64,000 nt of DNA from assembly GCF_036365525.1 (NCBI RefSeq), contig NC_090399.1, forward strand, positions 13,019,558 to 13,083,557, written 5' to 3'. Position 1 is the stretch's first letter, and each line of letters opens with the position of its first letter. Under the pieces are notes generated by a model, which was not told where the DNA came from, did not search any database, and saw only the letters and a list, made by a program, of their open reading frames with translations. The stretch is from Heterodontus francisci (lineage: Eukaryota). The translations under genes were made by a program, and so were the position numbers. Shown here piece by piece: positions 49,401 through 59,389 of this stretch.

Positions 49401-50718
49401 CCTCTCCCACTGTTAAAATTTAGGCTGTCAAATATCTTCATTCATGCTCATCACTAAGGTAGTTTCTATGAGTCAGCTTTGTGCATCCTACAAGCCTTGT
49501 ATGTGAATGACTGAGCTGCCATGCCTTTAGGTTAACAATGCACTCTTGTAGCAATAGGGAAATCGTGCAGGATAATAAATGCATTATTTTGACTTCTCAG
49601 AGACACAAGAGCACCCTGCTGAGACATTATTTAACTTCTGGCTGAATAACAACTTTATGTACAGAAGCAAAATAAATCAGCAAACAAAAACAACACAACT
49701 TTTACTAGTGTAACACTTTCAGAAGTGTTAGGAGTGCCTGTTCCACAATATAAAAATGTCATGATTACTTTTGCTGGGCAACAATATTTAATTCCAGTTT
49801 TTAAAATGGAATTCAAATTCTCAAACAGCTATGGCTGCATGTCAACCCACATTCGCTTGATTATTAGTTCAGTAACATAACCACTACATGATGGCATCCT
49901 ATCTGGTTTTGATACTAAGCAACATTAGTACACCTGTTGTTTCTCTTTGACAAAACAAAATTTGAGGTGCCCACTGCAGGAGTGCTACAGTGTCAGAGGT
50001 GTGGTCTTTCAGATGAAACATTAAAATAAGGCAGGTCCTGTCTGCTCACCAAGGTGGTTGCAAAGAGATCCCATGGGCACTGTTTTGAAGAGTAGGAGAG
50101 TTCTCCCCGCTGTTTTGGGCTAATATTTACTACTCAACAAACACTGCTGTCCATGGGAGCTTGCTGCATGCAAACTGGCAGCCTCATTTCTGACACAACA
50201 ACAGTGATCACACTTCAAAAAGCACATCATTGGCTATGCAGCTTTGAGGTTGTGGGAGATGCGGCATAAATGCAAACCTTTCTTTCTATTTGGAATAACC
50301 TGGCAGCTCTCGTGATCATTGTCTGGCACATGCCCAAAATGTACAAACTTTGTCGATCTCAATTTCCTGTGATGCAATGTGAACTCATTACCTCTTGCAT
50401 TCCTCATCAGGTACCAAATCTTCATCATACATACCTCAAACCAACCCCAAACCATAAAATCCCCCCTCCCCGCAAACCCATTGCTTCCCCTCCTCAAAGC
50501 CCAATGAGCGCCACCCCCCAAGCGACCAATATCCACCTCAACCGCCCTCCTCAAGCCCATCCTGCAGCTGCCGGGCCCAAACAAGCCCAAGGACCAAGAA
50601 AGCACCTGCAGAAGTAATGCTCGCATTCCAGCTCCACAGGGTCGGTGAAGACCGCCAAGCACAGAGGACAAGTCAGGTCCTGGACCAGCTGTGACAGACC
50701 ATCCACCAACGCCGCCAT
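30955..50718 (-). CDS. Tripartite-motif protein (RING, B-box 2, coiled coil, PRY-SPRY/B30.2), TRIM39/TRIM35/XNF7-like; 7 coding exons, 1425 nt, 474 aa
   Basis: join(50718-50606, 48085-47782, 45769-45674, 42295-42062, 40549-40527, 32852-32737, 31493-30955). All introns are GT-AG with compatible phases; the 96/234/23/116-nt exon series is typical of class IV TRIM genes. Confidence 0.9.
31630..32040 (-). mobile_element. DeuSINE (SacSINE1-like)
   Basis: caagctcccacaaatagc, gggacttgaacccacaaccttctgac (B box, reverse complement). Similar copies at ~33490-33880, 39100-39530, 48255-48625, 48730-49170 (-) and 49980-50290 (+). Confidence 0.7.
32737..32852 (-). CDS. TRIM exon 6 (116 nt; AKICVPP...[19 protein letters not shown])
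   Basis: aaattcag|A ... CCAG|gtgatt; GPLQY.VWK.M-type motif preceding B30.2. Confidence 0.9.
34273..34309 (+). ncRNA. Minimal type I hammerhead ribozyme motif in a Penelope-like repeat fragment (34273 to ~34365)
   Basis: AGTT-CTGATGA-AAGGT(CACA)GTCTT-GAAA-CG-T-T-AACT: intact core, stem I AGTT/AACT, stem II, palindromic ACGT stem III. Confidence 0.65.
34860..37860 (-). mobile_element. CR1 LINE (RT to 3' end), interrupted by a solo LTR and a plus-strand CR1 tail (~36425-36612)
   Basis: [43 protein letters not shown]. Confidence 0.85.
35396..36170 (+). mobile_element. Solo LTR (~775 bp), probably Gypsy-type
   Basis: TGTCATG...CGTAACA termini; 4-bp TSD ctgt/ccgt (one mismatch) that restores the CR1 'aaaactgtacacaatact'; AATAAA at ~35988. 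Confidence 0.75.
38350..40170 (-). mobile_element. Old CR1 ORF2 fragment with nested LINE tail (~38470-38690) and DeuSINE
   Basis: Similar to 1260-2650 (ctgccatttccttattccccatt, gtagaagcttt...ctgtttttatatttctt). Confidence 0.65.
40527..40549 (-). CDS. TRIM exon 5 (23-nt micro-exon, NLKETQK+R)
   Basis: ttttcacag|AAT...AAAAG|gtaatg; canonical 23-nt TRIM exon that keeps frame with exons 4 and 6. Confidence 0.85.
40660..41033 (-). mobile_element. Older copy of the tRNA-headed LINE-end SINE
   Basis: Minus strand reads A box TAGCACAGTGG, B box GAGTTCAAGTCC, body tttagggaaggaaatctgcc...ctgccctctgaaatggcc, then a LINE-type tail. Confidence 0.7.
42062..42295 (-). CDS. TRIM exon 4 (234 nt, coiled coil)
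   Basis: cctag|AAT ATG...CTG|gtaaat; [23 protein letters not shown]...QDNITFLL. Confidence 0.92.
42430..43045 (+). mobile_element. L2-like LINE 3' fragment
   Basis: ctcagccatgctttcgt...tattccaatg...atccaaaactctgctgcccatatcctaact...ttcacccatcacccctgtacttgttgacctac (L2 LDY.N / QN.AAR / HITPVL region). Confidence 0.7.
43046..44140 (+). mobile_element. CR1 RT/3' fragment
   Basis: [32 protein letters not shown]. Confidence 0.85.
45674..45769 (-). CDS. TRIM exon 3 (96 nt; [32 protein letters not shown])
   Basis: tttttgcttag|GCG...TTG|gtaagt; canonical 96-nt phase 0-0 coiled-coil exon. Confidence 0.9.
46297..47765 (-). mobile_element. Internally deleted CR1: ORF1 esterase region plus ORF2 start, joined to the 3' end
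   Basis: IVLGDSIVR...VCCLPGARV (SGNH-type ORF1), [19 protein letters not shown], then an abrupt jump at ~46447 to the 3' end [10 protein letters not shown]. Confidence 0.8.
47782..48085 (-). CDS. TRIM exon 2 (304 nt; second half of RING, B-box 2)
   Basis: ttgttcacag|G GAC TGC; DCITKHW...CATC; [32 protein letters not shown]; ends QEAAEEFK|gtacca. Confidence 0.93.
50606..50718 (-). CDS. TRIM exon 1 (113 nt; start codon and first half of RING)
   Basis: Strong Kozak context gcgaagATGG; [24 protein letters not shown]+AG|gtgc. Confidence 0.88.
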
Positions 50719-51280
50719 CTTCGCGGCCGCCTCAGTCAGCGTCAGCGCCAACCAATCACAGCATCGCTTGACGTCACAGGCGGCCGGGTCCCGCGTGCAG
50801 CCAATCAGGACGCCGGTCCAGGTCACAGCGACCAATCATCACGCCGACCCGGCCATAGAGGCCCAATCATGGTGCAGATTCGACCACACAAAACGCTCCG
50901 TGCGCTGATCAAGGCCGCGACAGCCATTCACAGGTTCTGGCCGAGCAGGCACGGCAGGACGTTCATTGGTTCAACCGGTCAGGGCTTCCGCTCAGGCACC
51001 GCCCCCCGCAAGCCCGGCCGCACAGCGCGCAGGTTCTCCAAGCTCACCAGCGACGGCATCGACTGGTCCCTCATTTCGAGTCACGTGGTAGTTCAGCCAA
51101 TTTGCGTCGGCGCGGAGAAGAAGAAGTGCCGGGCGGCGGCGAATGGGGGGAAGAAGAGGGGGGCGAGGAGGAAGAGCCGCAGTCGGAGGAATCGGCACGT
51201 GCGCCGGGCTAGCCTATCAAAGCGCTCCGTCTGCTGATTGACAGGCCGGTTCTTCAGGCTGGTTGATCCGCGCGACTGTC
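50710..51280 (-). promoter_or_regulatory. CpG-island promoter of the TRIM gene
   Basis: High GC/CpG; YY1-type AAGATGGCGGC over the ATG; CCAAT at 50752, 50801, 50832 and 50863; perfect CRE TGACGTCA at 50769-50776; CACGTG E-boxes at ~51082 and ~51196. Confidence 0.75.
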
Positions 51281-51559
51281 AGTCAGGGACTTATTTGCAG
51301 CTTTTTACCTGCTTCCTGATAAAAGTAAATGTGATCCAAAGAAAAAGGGCTTTGGGCGAATTATTCTCCACCTTCAGCTATTACCTAGGATTTTTAAAAA
51401 ATATTGCTTTATTATATTCACTCGACCGATTCCTGCGATGTTTTTTTTTATCTTATGAGGAAATGTTGTACAGGTTGAGTCTGTATTTTTGGAGTTTAAA
51501 AGGATGGGTGGATGTTTCCTCTTGTGGGAAAGACTAAAATTAGGGGGGCACAGATTTGC

Positions 51560-54130
51560 TAAAGGCTTAAATAGTGTTTAACTGACCTGCTTGAGTTGAG
51601 GGAAAGTGAAAAAGCAAATAAGAGAAGGAAAGAGAGAGCATGAGAAGAGATTGGTAGCTATCATAAAAGGCAATCCAAAAGTCTTCCAGAGGCATATGAA
51701 TAGTAAAAGGAGGAGGGACCAAAAAGGAGATTTGCGCATGGAGCCAGGATGGATGGCCCAGGTATTAAATGAATACTTTGCATCTGTATTCACCAAAGAA
51801 GAATATGCTGTGCACGTCATGGTGAAAGAGGAGGTAATTCAGACACTTGAAGGGCTTAAAAATTGATGAGGTATTGGATAGGTGGTCTGTAGTTATATGT
51901 TGATAAAGGACTAGGACCGGATGAGATAAATCCAAAAATGCTAAGGGAAATGAGAGTGAAAATCGTGGAGGCACTGGCCATAATTTTTCCGTCCTCCTTA
52001 GACTTGGGTGGTGCCAGAGCACTGGTGAATTGTAAATGTTACATCCTTGTTCAAAAGAGGGTGTAAAGATAAGCCCAGCAAACTAAAGGCCAAACATACA
52101 AACTAGGAGCAGGAGTAGGCTATTCAGCCCCTCGAGCCTGCAGTTCCATTCTATAAGATCAGGGCTGAGCTGTTTGTGGACATAACTCCACTTTCCTGCC
52201 TATCTCCGATACTCTTTGACTCCCTTGTTTGTCAAGAATCTATCTACCTCTGCCTTAAAATCATTCAATGATCCTGCCAATGAAACATCCTTTCAACATC
52301 CACCCATCCTTTTAAACTCTAATGAATACAGACTCATTTCCTCATAAGATAACAAGAAATGCTGGAATCACTCAGCAGGTCTGGCAGCATCTGTGGAAAG
52401 AGAAGCAGAGTTTTTCCACAGATGCTGCCAGACCTGCTGAGTGACTCCAGCATTTCTTGTTTTTATTTCAGATTTCCAGCATCCGCAGTATTTTGCTTTT
52501 ATTCTCATAAGATAACCCCTTCATCCCAGGAATCAGTTAAGTGAACCTCCTCTGAACAGATTCCAATGCAATTATATCCTTTGTTAAGGAGACCAAAACA
52601 CAATACTCAGCAGCGCCCTATACAACTGTAGTAAAACATCTCTACTTTTATATTTCATTCCCCTTGCAATAAACGACAACATTACATTCGCCTTCTTAAT
52701 CATTTGCTGTACCTGCATACTAACTTCTTGTGTTCCGTGTAGTAGGATGCCCAGAGCCCTCTGCATCTCAGAGTTCTGCAATCTCTCATTTAAATAATAT
52801 GTTGCTTTTCTATTTTTCTGGCCAAAATGGACAAGTTTACACTTTCCCACATTATATCCATCTGCCAAATCTTTGCCCACTCACTTAACCTATCTATATT
52901 CCTTTGCAGACTCCTTATGTCCTCTTCACAGCATACTCTCCTAACTATCTTTGTGTCACAAGACAGTTTAACCTAGGTAGTGGGGAAACTTCTAGAAATG
53001 ATAATTCAGGACAAAATTAACAGTCACTTGGGTAAATGTGGGTTATTTAAGGAAAGCCAGCACAGATTTGTTCAGGGCAAATCGTGTTTAACTCACTTGC
53101 TTGAGTTTGTTGATGCGGTAACAGAGAAAGTTGATGCGGGTAATACTGTTGATGTGGTGTACATGAACCTCCAGAAGGCATTTGGTAAAGTGCCACACAA
53201 CAGACTTCTGAGCAAAGTTATACCTTATGGAATAAAAGGGACAATAGCAACATGGATACAAAATTGGCTAAGTGACAGGAATCAGAGTGTAATGATTAAT
53301 GGATGTTTTTTGGACTGGAGGAAGGTTTGTATTGGAGTTCCCCAGGGGTTGTTGTTAGGACCCTTGCTCTTCCTGATTGATATTAATGACCTAAACCTTG
53401 GTTTACAGGGCACAATTTCAAAATTTGCAGATGATACGAAACTTGGAAGGATTGTGAACAGTGAGGAGGATAGTGGAATTGGCGGATAGTGTAGAACTTC
53501 AAAAGGACATAGACAGGTTGGTGGAATGGGCGGATAAGTGGCAGATGAAATTTAATGGAGAAGTGTGAAGAGGTTTATTTTGGTAGGAAGAATGCGGAGA
53601 GGCAATACAATATAAAGGGTGCGATTCTAAAGGGGGTGCAGGAGCAGAGGGACCTGGGTGTATATGTGCATAAGTAATTGAAGGTGGCAGGACAGGTTGA
53701 GAGCATGGTGAATAAAGCATACAGCATCCTAGGCTTCATTAATAGGGGCATAGAGTACAAAGGCAGTAAAATTATGTTATACTTGTATAGAACACTGGTT
53801 CAGCCTCAACAGGATTTACAGGAATTTACAAGAATGTATCCAGGGTTGAGGGAATTCAATTATCTGGATAGATTGGGGAGAAGCTGAGGTTGTTCTCCTT
53901 AGAGCAGAGATGGTTGAGAGGAGATTTCATAGAGGTGTTCAAAATCTTGAGGGGTCTAGACAGAGTAGGTAGAGAGAAAATCATTCCATTGGCAGATGGG
54001 TCTAGAACCCGAGGATACTGATTTAAGGTGAATGGCAAAAGCACCATAAGTGTCCCGTCCTGGGCGTCATACTGTAGGAAAGATATGAAGGCATCAGAGA
54101 GAGCGCAGAAAAGATTCACGAGAATGGTTC
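51560..54130 (+). mobile_element. CR1 ORF2 fragment with a nested opposite-strand CR1 (~52095-52960)
   Basis: LNEYFASVFT, SQHRFVQGKSCLT, GVPQGLLLGPLLF, KFADDTK. Confidence 0.85.
52354..52503. mobile_element. Penelope-like inverted terminal fragment forming a long hairpin, with 13-bp TSD
   Basis: Arms 52352-52399 and 52413-52460 are reverse complements (one mismatch); TSD ctcataagataac at 52341-52353 and 52504-52516; same family as 34273-34365 and 30337-30452. Confidence 0.65.
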
Positions 54131-54256
54131 AAGTAGTCTGTAAGTTTTGATTTTTCATTATCATCCTCCTCATCAAGTGCAGCTTCTTGTTTTGTTTACT
54201 GTGATTCATCTGTCACCATGGATTCACTGGTCTCAGGTGGTTTCAACTTTAATTAT

Positions 54257-54560
54257 GGCCGGAATTTTACCCTTGGCAGATGGAAGCCATCCACTGACTG
54301 AAAAGTCGGTGGCCAACCTGCCTCCGCCTGGCCTGGGGATCCGCTTCGCATTTTGCAGTCCCCAAGCCTCTAATGGGTCTGAAATGGGACTTCCACCTCA
54401 TTGAGGCAGGAAGCCCCGCCTAATGGGGCTGCCGGCCAATCAGAGGGGCGGTAGATCTCTGTCCCAGCAATGCCACCAGGAGCGGTGGCCACTGCTGGGA
54501 CTGCAACCCAGCTATCGCAAAGAAGATGTCAGGGAGCCCGGAAGGAAGGCAAGTTTTTGC
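54257..54560. mobile_element. GC-rich repeat fragment, possibly a PIF/Harbinger-derived non-autonomous element
   Basis: Begins ggccggaatttt (Harbinger-like TIR as recalled); no second TIR found. Confidence 0.35.
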
Positions 54561-55354
54561 TGTCTTTGAAGTCTTTGGTGTCCGAACATGACCAAAGTAA
54601 ATGGCAAAAGAAGTGAAAGCACCCTGAGGAAAAACTCCATCACGCAGCGAGTTGTTAAGGTCTGGAATGCACTGCCTGAGAGTGTGGTGCAGGCAGGTTC
54701 AATTGAGGTATTCAAAAAGGAATTAGACTGTTATCTGAAAAGGAAGAATGTGCAAGGTAACGCGGAGAAGGCGGGGGAATGGCACTAGGTGAATTGCTGA
54801 ATAGGAGCAGACATGATGGGCTGAATGGCCTCCTTCTGTGCTGTAACAATCATGTGAATCCTCATTTGCATCGTGAGTATGTGATGTATTGAGACAGACA
54901 TATATATGAATGACATAGAGATAAATAAGAGGAAAATGTGCCTCCCTAATGGTTGAGAATTTAAGCCATCAGAGGGTGGCGGGGGTCTGGAACTCACTGC
55001 CTGAAAGTTCAGGCAGGGACCTTCAACTCATTCAAATGGAGGCCGGATGTGCACCTCAAGTGCCGTAATCTGCAGGGCTATGGACCAAATGCTGCAAGGT
55101 GGGGTTAGAATCGGCGGATTGTTTTTCGGCCGGCACAGCCACGATGGACCAAGTGACCTCTTTCTGTGCCTTAAACTTTCTATGATTCTATGATTTGATC
55201 AGGATTTGAACCACACAGATTGGAAAGATCCTCAGGCTGTGCTAAACTAGCTAATCTTGCCAGGGGCAGCAATAGGGTGGCAACAGTAGGGGAGAACACA
55301 AGAATGGGAATTTTAAAATCGAGGTTTTGCCAGAGTAGGAGCCAAAGCAGGTGA

Positions 55355-58300
55355 GTGAGCAGAAGGGGTAATGGGTAAGCGGAGGGGGCAATGGGTGAGC
55401 AGAGGGAGCAATGGGTGAGCAGAGAGGGCAATGGGCGAGCAGAGGGGAAAAATGGGCGAGCAGAGGGGGAAAATGGGCGAGTAGAGGGAGAATGGGCAAG
55501 CAGAGGGGAAAATGGGTGAGCAGAGCGGGCAATGGGTGAGCAGAGGGGGAAATGGGTGAGCAGAGGGGGAAATGGGTGAGCAGAGGGGGGAATGGGTGAG
55601 CAGAGGGGGGAATGGGTGAGCAGAGGGGGGAATGGGTGAGCAGTGGGGGAAATGGGTGAGCAGAGGGGGAATTGGGTGAGCAGAGGGAGAAAATGGGTGA
55701 GCAGAGGGGGAAATGGGTGAGCAGAGGGGGAAATGGGTGAGCAGAGGGGGAAAATGGGTGAACAGAGGGGGAAATGGGTGAGCTGTGGGGGAAATGGGTG
55801 AGCAGTAGGGGAAATGGGTGAACAGAGGGGGAAATGGGTGAACAGGGAGAAATAGGTGAGCAGTGGGGGAAATGGGTGAACAGAGGGGGAAATGGGTGAG
55901 CAGAGGGGGAAAATGGGTGAGCAGAGGGGGGAAATGGGTGAACAGAGGGGGAAATGGGTGAACTGAGGGTGGAAATGGGTGAGTAGAGGGGGGAAATGGG
56001 TGAGCAGAGGGGGAAATGGGTGAGCAGTGGGGGGAATAGGTGAGCAGAGGGGGAAATGGGTGAACAGAGGGGGAAATGGGTGAACATAGGGGGAAATGGG
56101 TGAGCTGTGGGGGAATAGGTGAGCAGAGGGGGAAATGGGTGAGCAGTGGGGGAAATGGATGAACAGAGGGGGAAAATGGGTGAGTAGAGGGGGAAATGGG
56201 TGAGCAGTGGGGGGGAAATGGGTGAGCAGAGGGGGAAAATGGGTGAGCAGAGGGGGAAATGGGTGAGCAGAGGGAGAAACGGGTGAGCAGAGGGGGAAAC
56301 GGGTGAGCAGAGGGGGAAACGGGTGAGCAGAGGGGGAAACGGGTGAGCAGAGGGGGAAACGGGTGAGCAGAGGGGGAAACGGGTGAGCAGAGGGAGAAAT
56401 GGGTGAGCAGAGGGGGAAATGGGTGAGCAGTGGGGGAAATGGGTGAACAGAGGGGGAAAATGGGTGAACAGAGGGGGAAAATGGGTGAACAGAGGGGGAA
56501 ATGGGTGAGCAGAGGGAGAAAAGGGGTGAGCAGAGGGGGAAAATGGGTGAGCAGACGGGGAAATGGGTGAGCCGTGGGGGAAATGGGTTAGCAGAGGGGG
56601 AAATGGGTGCACAGAGGGGGGAAATGGGTGAGCAGTGGGGGAAATGGGGGGAGAGAGGGGGAAATGGGTGAGCAGAGGGGGAAATGGGTGAGCAGAGGGG
56701 GAAATGGGTGAGCAGAGTGATAAAAGGGGCGAGCAGAGGGGGAAATGGGTGAGCAGAGGAGGAAAATGGGTGAACAGAGGCGGAAATGGGTGAGCAGTGG
56801 GGGAAATGGGTAAGCAGAGGGGGAAATGGGTGAACAGAGGGGGGAAATGGGTGAGCAGTGGGGGAAATGGAGGGACGGGGGGAAATCGGTGAGCAGTGGG
56901 GGAAATGGGTGAGCAGTGGGGGAAATGGGTGAGCAGAAGGGGAAATGGGTGAGCAGAGGGGGAAATGGGTGAACAGAGGGGGAAATGGGTGAGCAGAGGG
57001 GGAAATGGGTGAGCAGAGGGGGAAAATGGGTGAACAGAGGGGGAAATGGGTGAGCAGAGGGGGAAATGGGTGAACAGAGGGGGAAAATGGGTGAGCAGAG
57101 GGGGAAATGGGTGAGCAGAGGGGGAAATGGGTGAGCAGAGGAGGAAAATGGGTGAACAGAGGGGGGAAATGGGTGAGCAGAGGGGGAAATGGGTGAGCAG
57201 AGGGGGAAATGGGTGAGCAGAGGGGGAAATGGGTGAACAGAGGGGGAAATGGGTGAGCAGAGGGGGAAATGGGTGAGCAGAGGGGGAAATGGGTGAGCAG
57301 AGGGGGAAATGGGTGAGCAGAGGGGGAAATGGGTGAGCAGAGGGGGGAAATGGGTGAGCAGTGGGGGAAATGGAGGGACGGGGGGAAATCGGTGAGCAGT
57401 GGGGGAAATGGGTGAGCAGTGGGGGAAATGGGTGAGCAGAAGGGGAAATGGGTGAGCAGAGGGGGAAATGGGTAAACAGAGGGGGAAATGGGTGAGCAGA
57501 GGGGGAAATGGGTGAGCAGAGGGGGAAATGGGTGAGCAGAGGGGGAAAATGGGTGAACAGAGGGGGAAATGGGTGAGCAGAGGGGGAAATGGGTGAACAG
57601 AGGGGGAAAATGGGTGAACAGAGGGGGAAAATGGGTGAACAGAGGGGGGAAATGGGTGAACAGAGGGGGAAATGGGTGAGCAGAGGGGGAAATGGGTGAG
57701 CAGAGGAGGAAAATGGGTGAACAGAGGGGGGAAATGGGTGAGCAGAGGGGGAAATGGGTGAGCAGAGGGGGAAATGGGTGAGCAGAGGGGGAAATGGGTG
57801 AACAGAGGGGGAAATGGGTGAACAGAGGGGGAAATGGGTGAGCAGAGGGGGAAATGGGTGAGCAGAGGGGGAAATGGGTGAACAGAGGGGGAAATGGGTG
57901 AGCAGAGGGGGAAAATGGGTGAACAGAGGGGGGAAATGGGTGAGCAGAGGGGGAAATGGGTGAACAGAGGGGGAAATGGGTGAGCAGAGGGGGAAATGGG
58001 TGTGCAGAGGGGGAAATGGGTGAGCAGAGGGGGAAATGGGTGAACAGAGGGGGGAAATGGGTGAACAGAGGGGGGAAATGGGTGAACAGAGGGGGGAAAT
58101 GGGTGAGCAGTGGGGGAAATGGGTGAGCAGAGGGGGGAAATGGGTGAGCAGAGGGGGGAAATGGGTGAGCAGAGGGGGGAAATGGGTGAGCAGAGGGGGA
58201 AATGGGTGAACAGAGGGGGAAATGGGTGAACAGAGGGGGAAATGGGTGAGCAGAGGGGGAAATGGGTGAGCAGAGGGGGAAATGGGTGAGCAGAGGGGGA

Positions 58301-58758
58301 AATGGGTGAGCAGAGAGGGAAATGGGTGAGCAGAGGGGGAAATGGGTGAGCAGTGGGGGAAATGGGTGAACAGAGGGGGAAATGGGTGAGCAGAGGGGGA
58401 AATGGGTGAGCAGAGGGGGAAATGGGTGAACAGAGGGGGAAATGGGTGAGCAGAGGGGGAAATGGGTGAACAGAGGGGGAAATGGGTGAACAGAGGGGGA
58501 AATGGGTGAGCAGAGGGGGAAATGGGTGAGCAGAGGGGGAAATGGGTGAGCAGAGGGGGAAATGGGTGAGCAGAGGGGGAAATGGGTAAACAGAGGGGGG
58601 AAATGGGTGAACAGAGGGGGGAAATGGGTGAGCAGAGGGGGAAATGGGTGAGCAGAGGGGGGAAATGGGTGAGCAGAGGGGGGAAATGGGTGAGCAGAGG
58701 GGGAAATGGGTGAGCAGAGGGGGAAATGGGTGAACAGAGGGGGGAAATGGGTGAGCAG
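55355..58758. repeat. G-rich minisatellite, 20-21 bp unit GAGCAGAGGGGGAAATGGGT, about 170 copies
   Basis: Directly visible tandem array with GAGC/GAAC, G5/G6 and A3/A4 variants. Confidence 0.97.
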
Positions 58759-58966
58759 GGCTGGGTGCGAGTTAGGATGCGGGAGCGTAGACTGAAAAAA
58801 AATCCCGATGCGCTTCGAGTTCGCGGAACTGACAAAGCTAAAGAATAATAAGTGAAAGATTAAAGTGATCTTTAATATTCTCCTTGGTGCCAACATACAG
58901 AATCTGCTGTTGACACTCAGAGGAAGAACATAATTCCGACAATATATTCTCACTTTATTTCCAACC

Positions 58967-59260
58967 CCAGCTGATCACAATCCGGTTCTGTTTCCCCCCT
59001 CCTTTCCCTATTCCCTCCCTTTTCCCCGGATTCCTGGGGTAATTTCCACCTCTTTCCAGAAGCTTCGCCCACGGACTCGCTGCTTCCAGAAACCTCTCGG
59101 TCTCTCCACGTCTCGCGGACTTGCCGCGCTGCGATTGGCCGCCGCTTCAGAACCTTCTCCAACGTTCAGCGGTGAGCTGACCGGTCCGCTTCCTGATTGG
59201 TCCAGGCCGCCGTCAATCACCCGCTGGGTGCCCCCCTGTTTGGCGCTGAGGTTATACAAA
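58967..59260 (+). promoter_or_regulatory. HSP70 copy 3 heat-shock promoter
   Basis: HSEs tTTCc aGAAg cTTCg (59053-59067), ~59083-59097 and 59149-59168; two ATTGG boxes; variant TATA TATACAAA at 59253-59260. Confidence 0.85.
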
Positions 59261-59389
59261 GGGCGGAGCTGCGAGTGACAGAGTGACAATCGATTTGGAG
59301 AGGTTACCAGTTGGGAGCTGGATTGTTGCAAGTGGAAAACTTGACAACAACAGCAGAGTGAATTTAAGTGACTTTTACCAAGACAGAAA

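Noticed and set aside
50869-51237. Arg/Lys-rich 122-aa plus-strand ORF in the CpG island
   Set aside because: Typical chance ORF of GC-rich promoter DNA; no domain or supporting splice structure.
52352-52460. Pre-miRNA
   Set aside because: Near-perfect stem, flanking TSD and related copies elsewhere in the window indicate a transposon-derived inverted repeat.
55355-58758. CRISPR-like array
   Set aside because: Head-to-tail repeats with no unique spacers, no cas genes, and vertebrate context.
55180-58953. 1257-aa and 1194-aa minus-strand ORFs (Pro/His/Phe-rich)
   Set aside because: Artefact of the 20-bp minisatellite, whose C-rich strand lacks stop codons. Two frames are open at once and the peptide cycles through all three readings of the unit.
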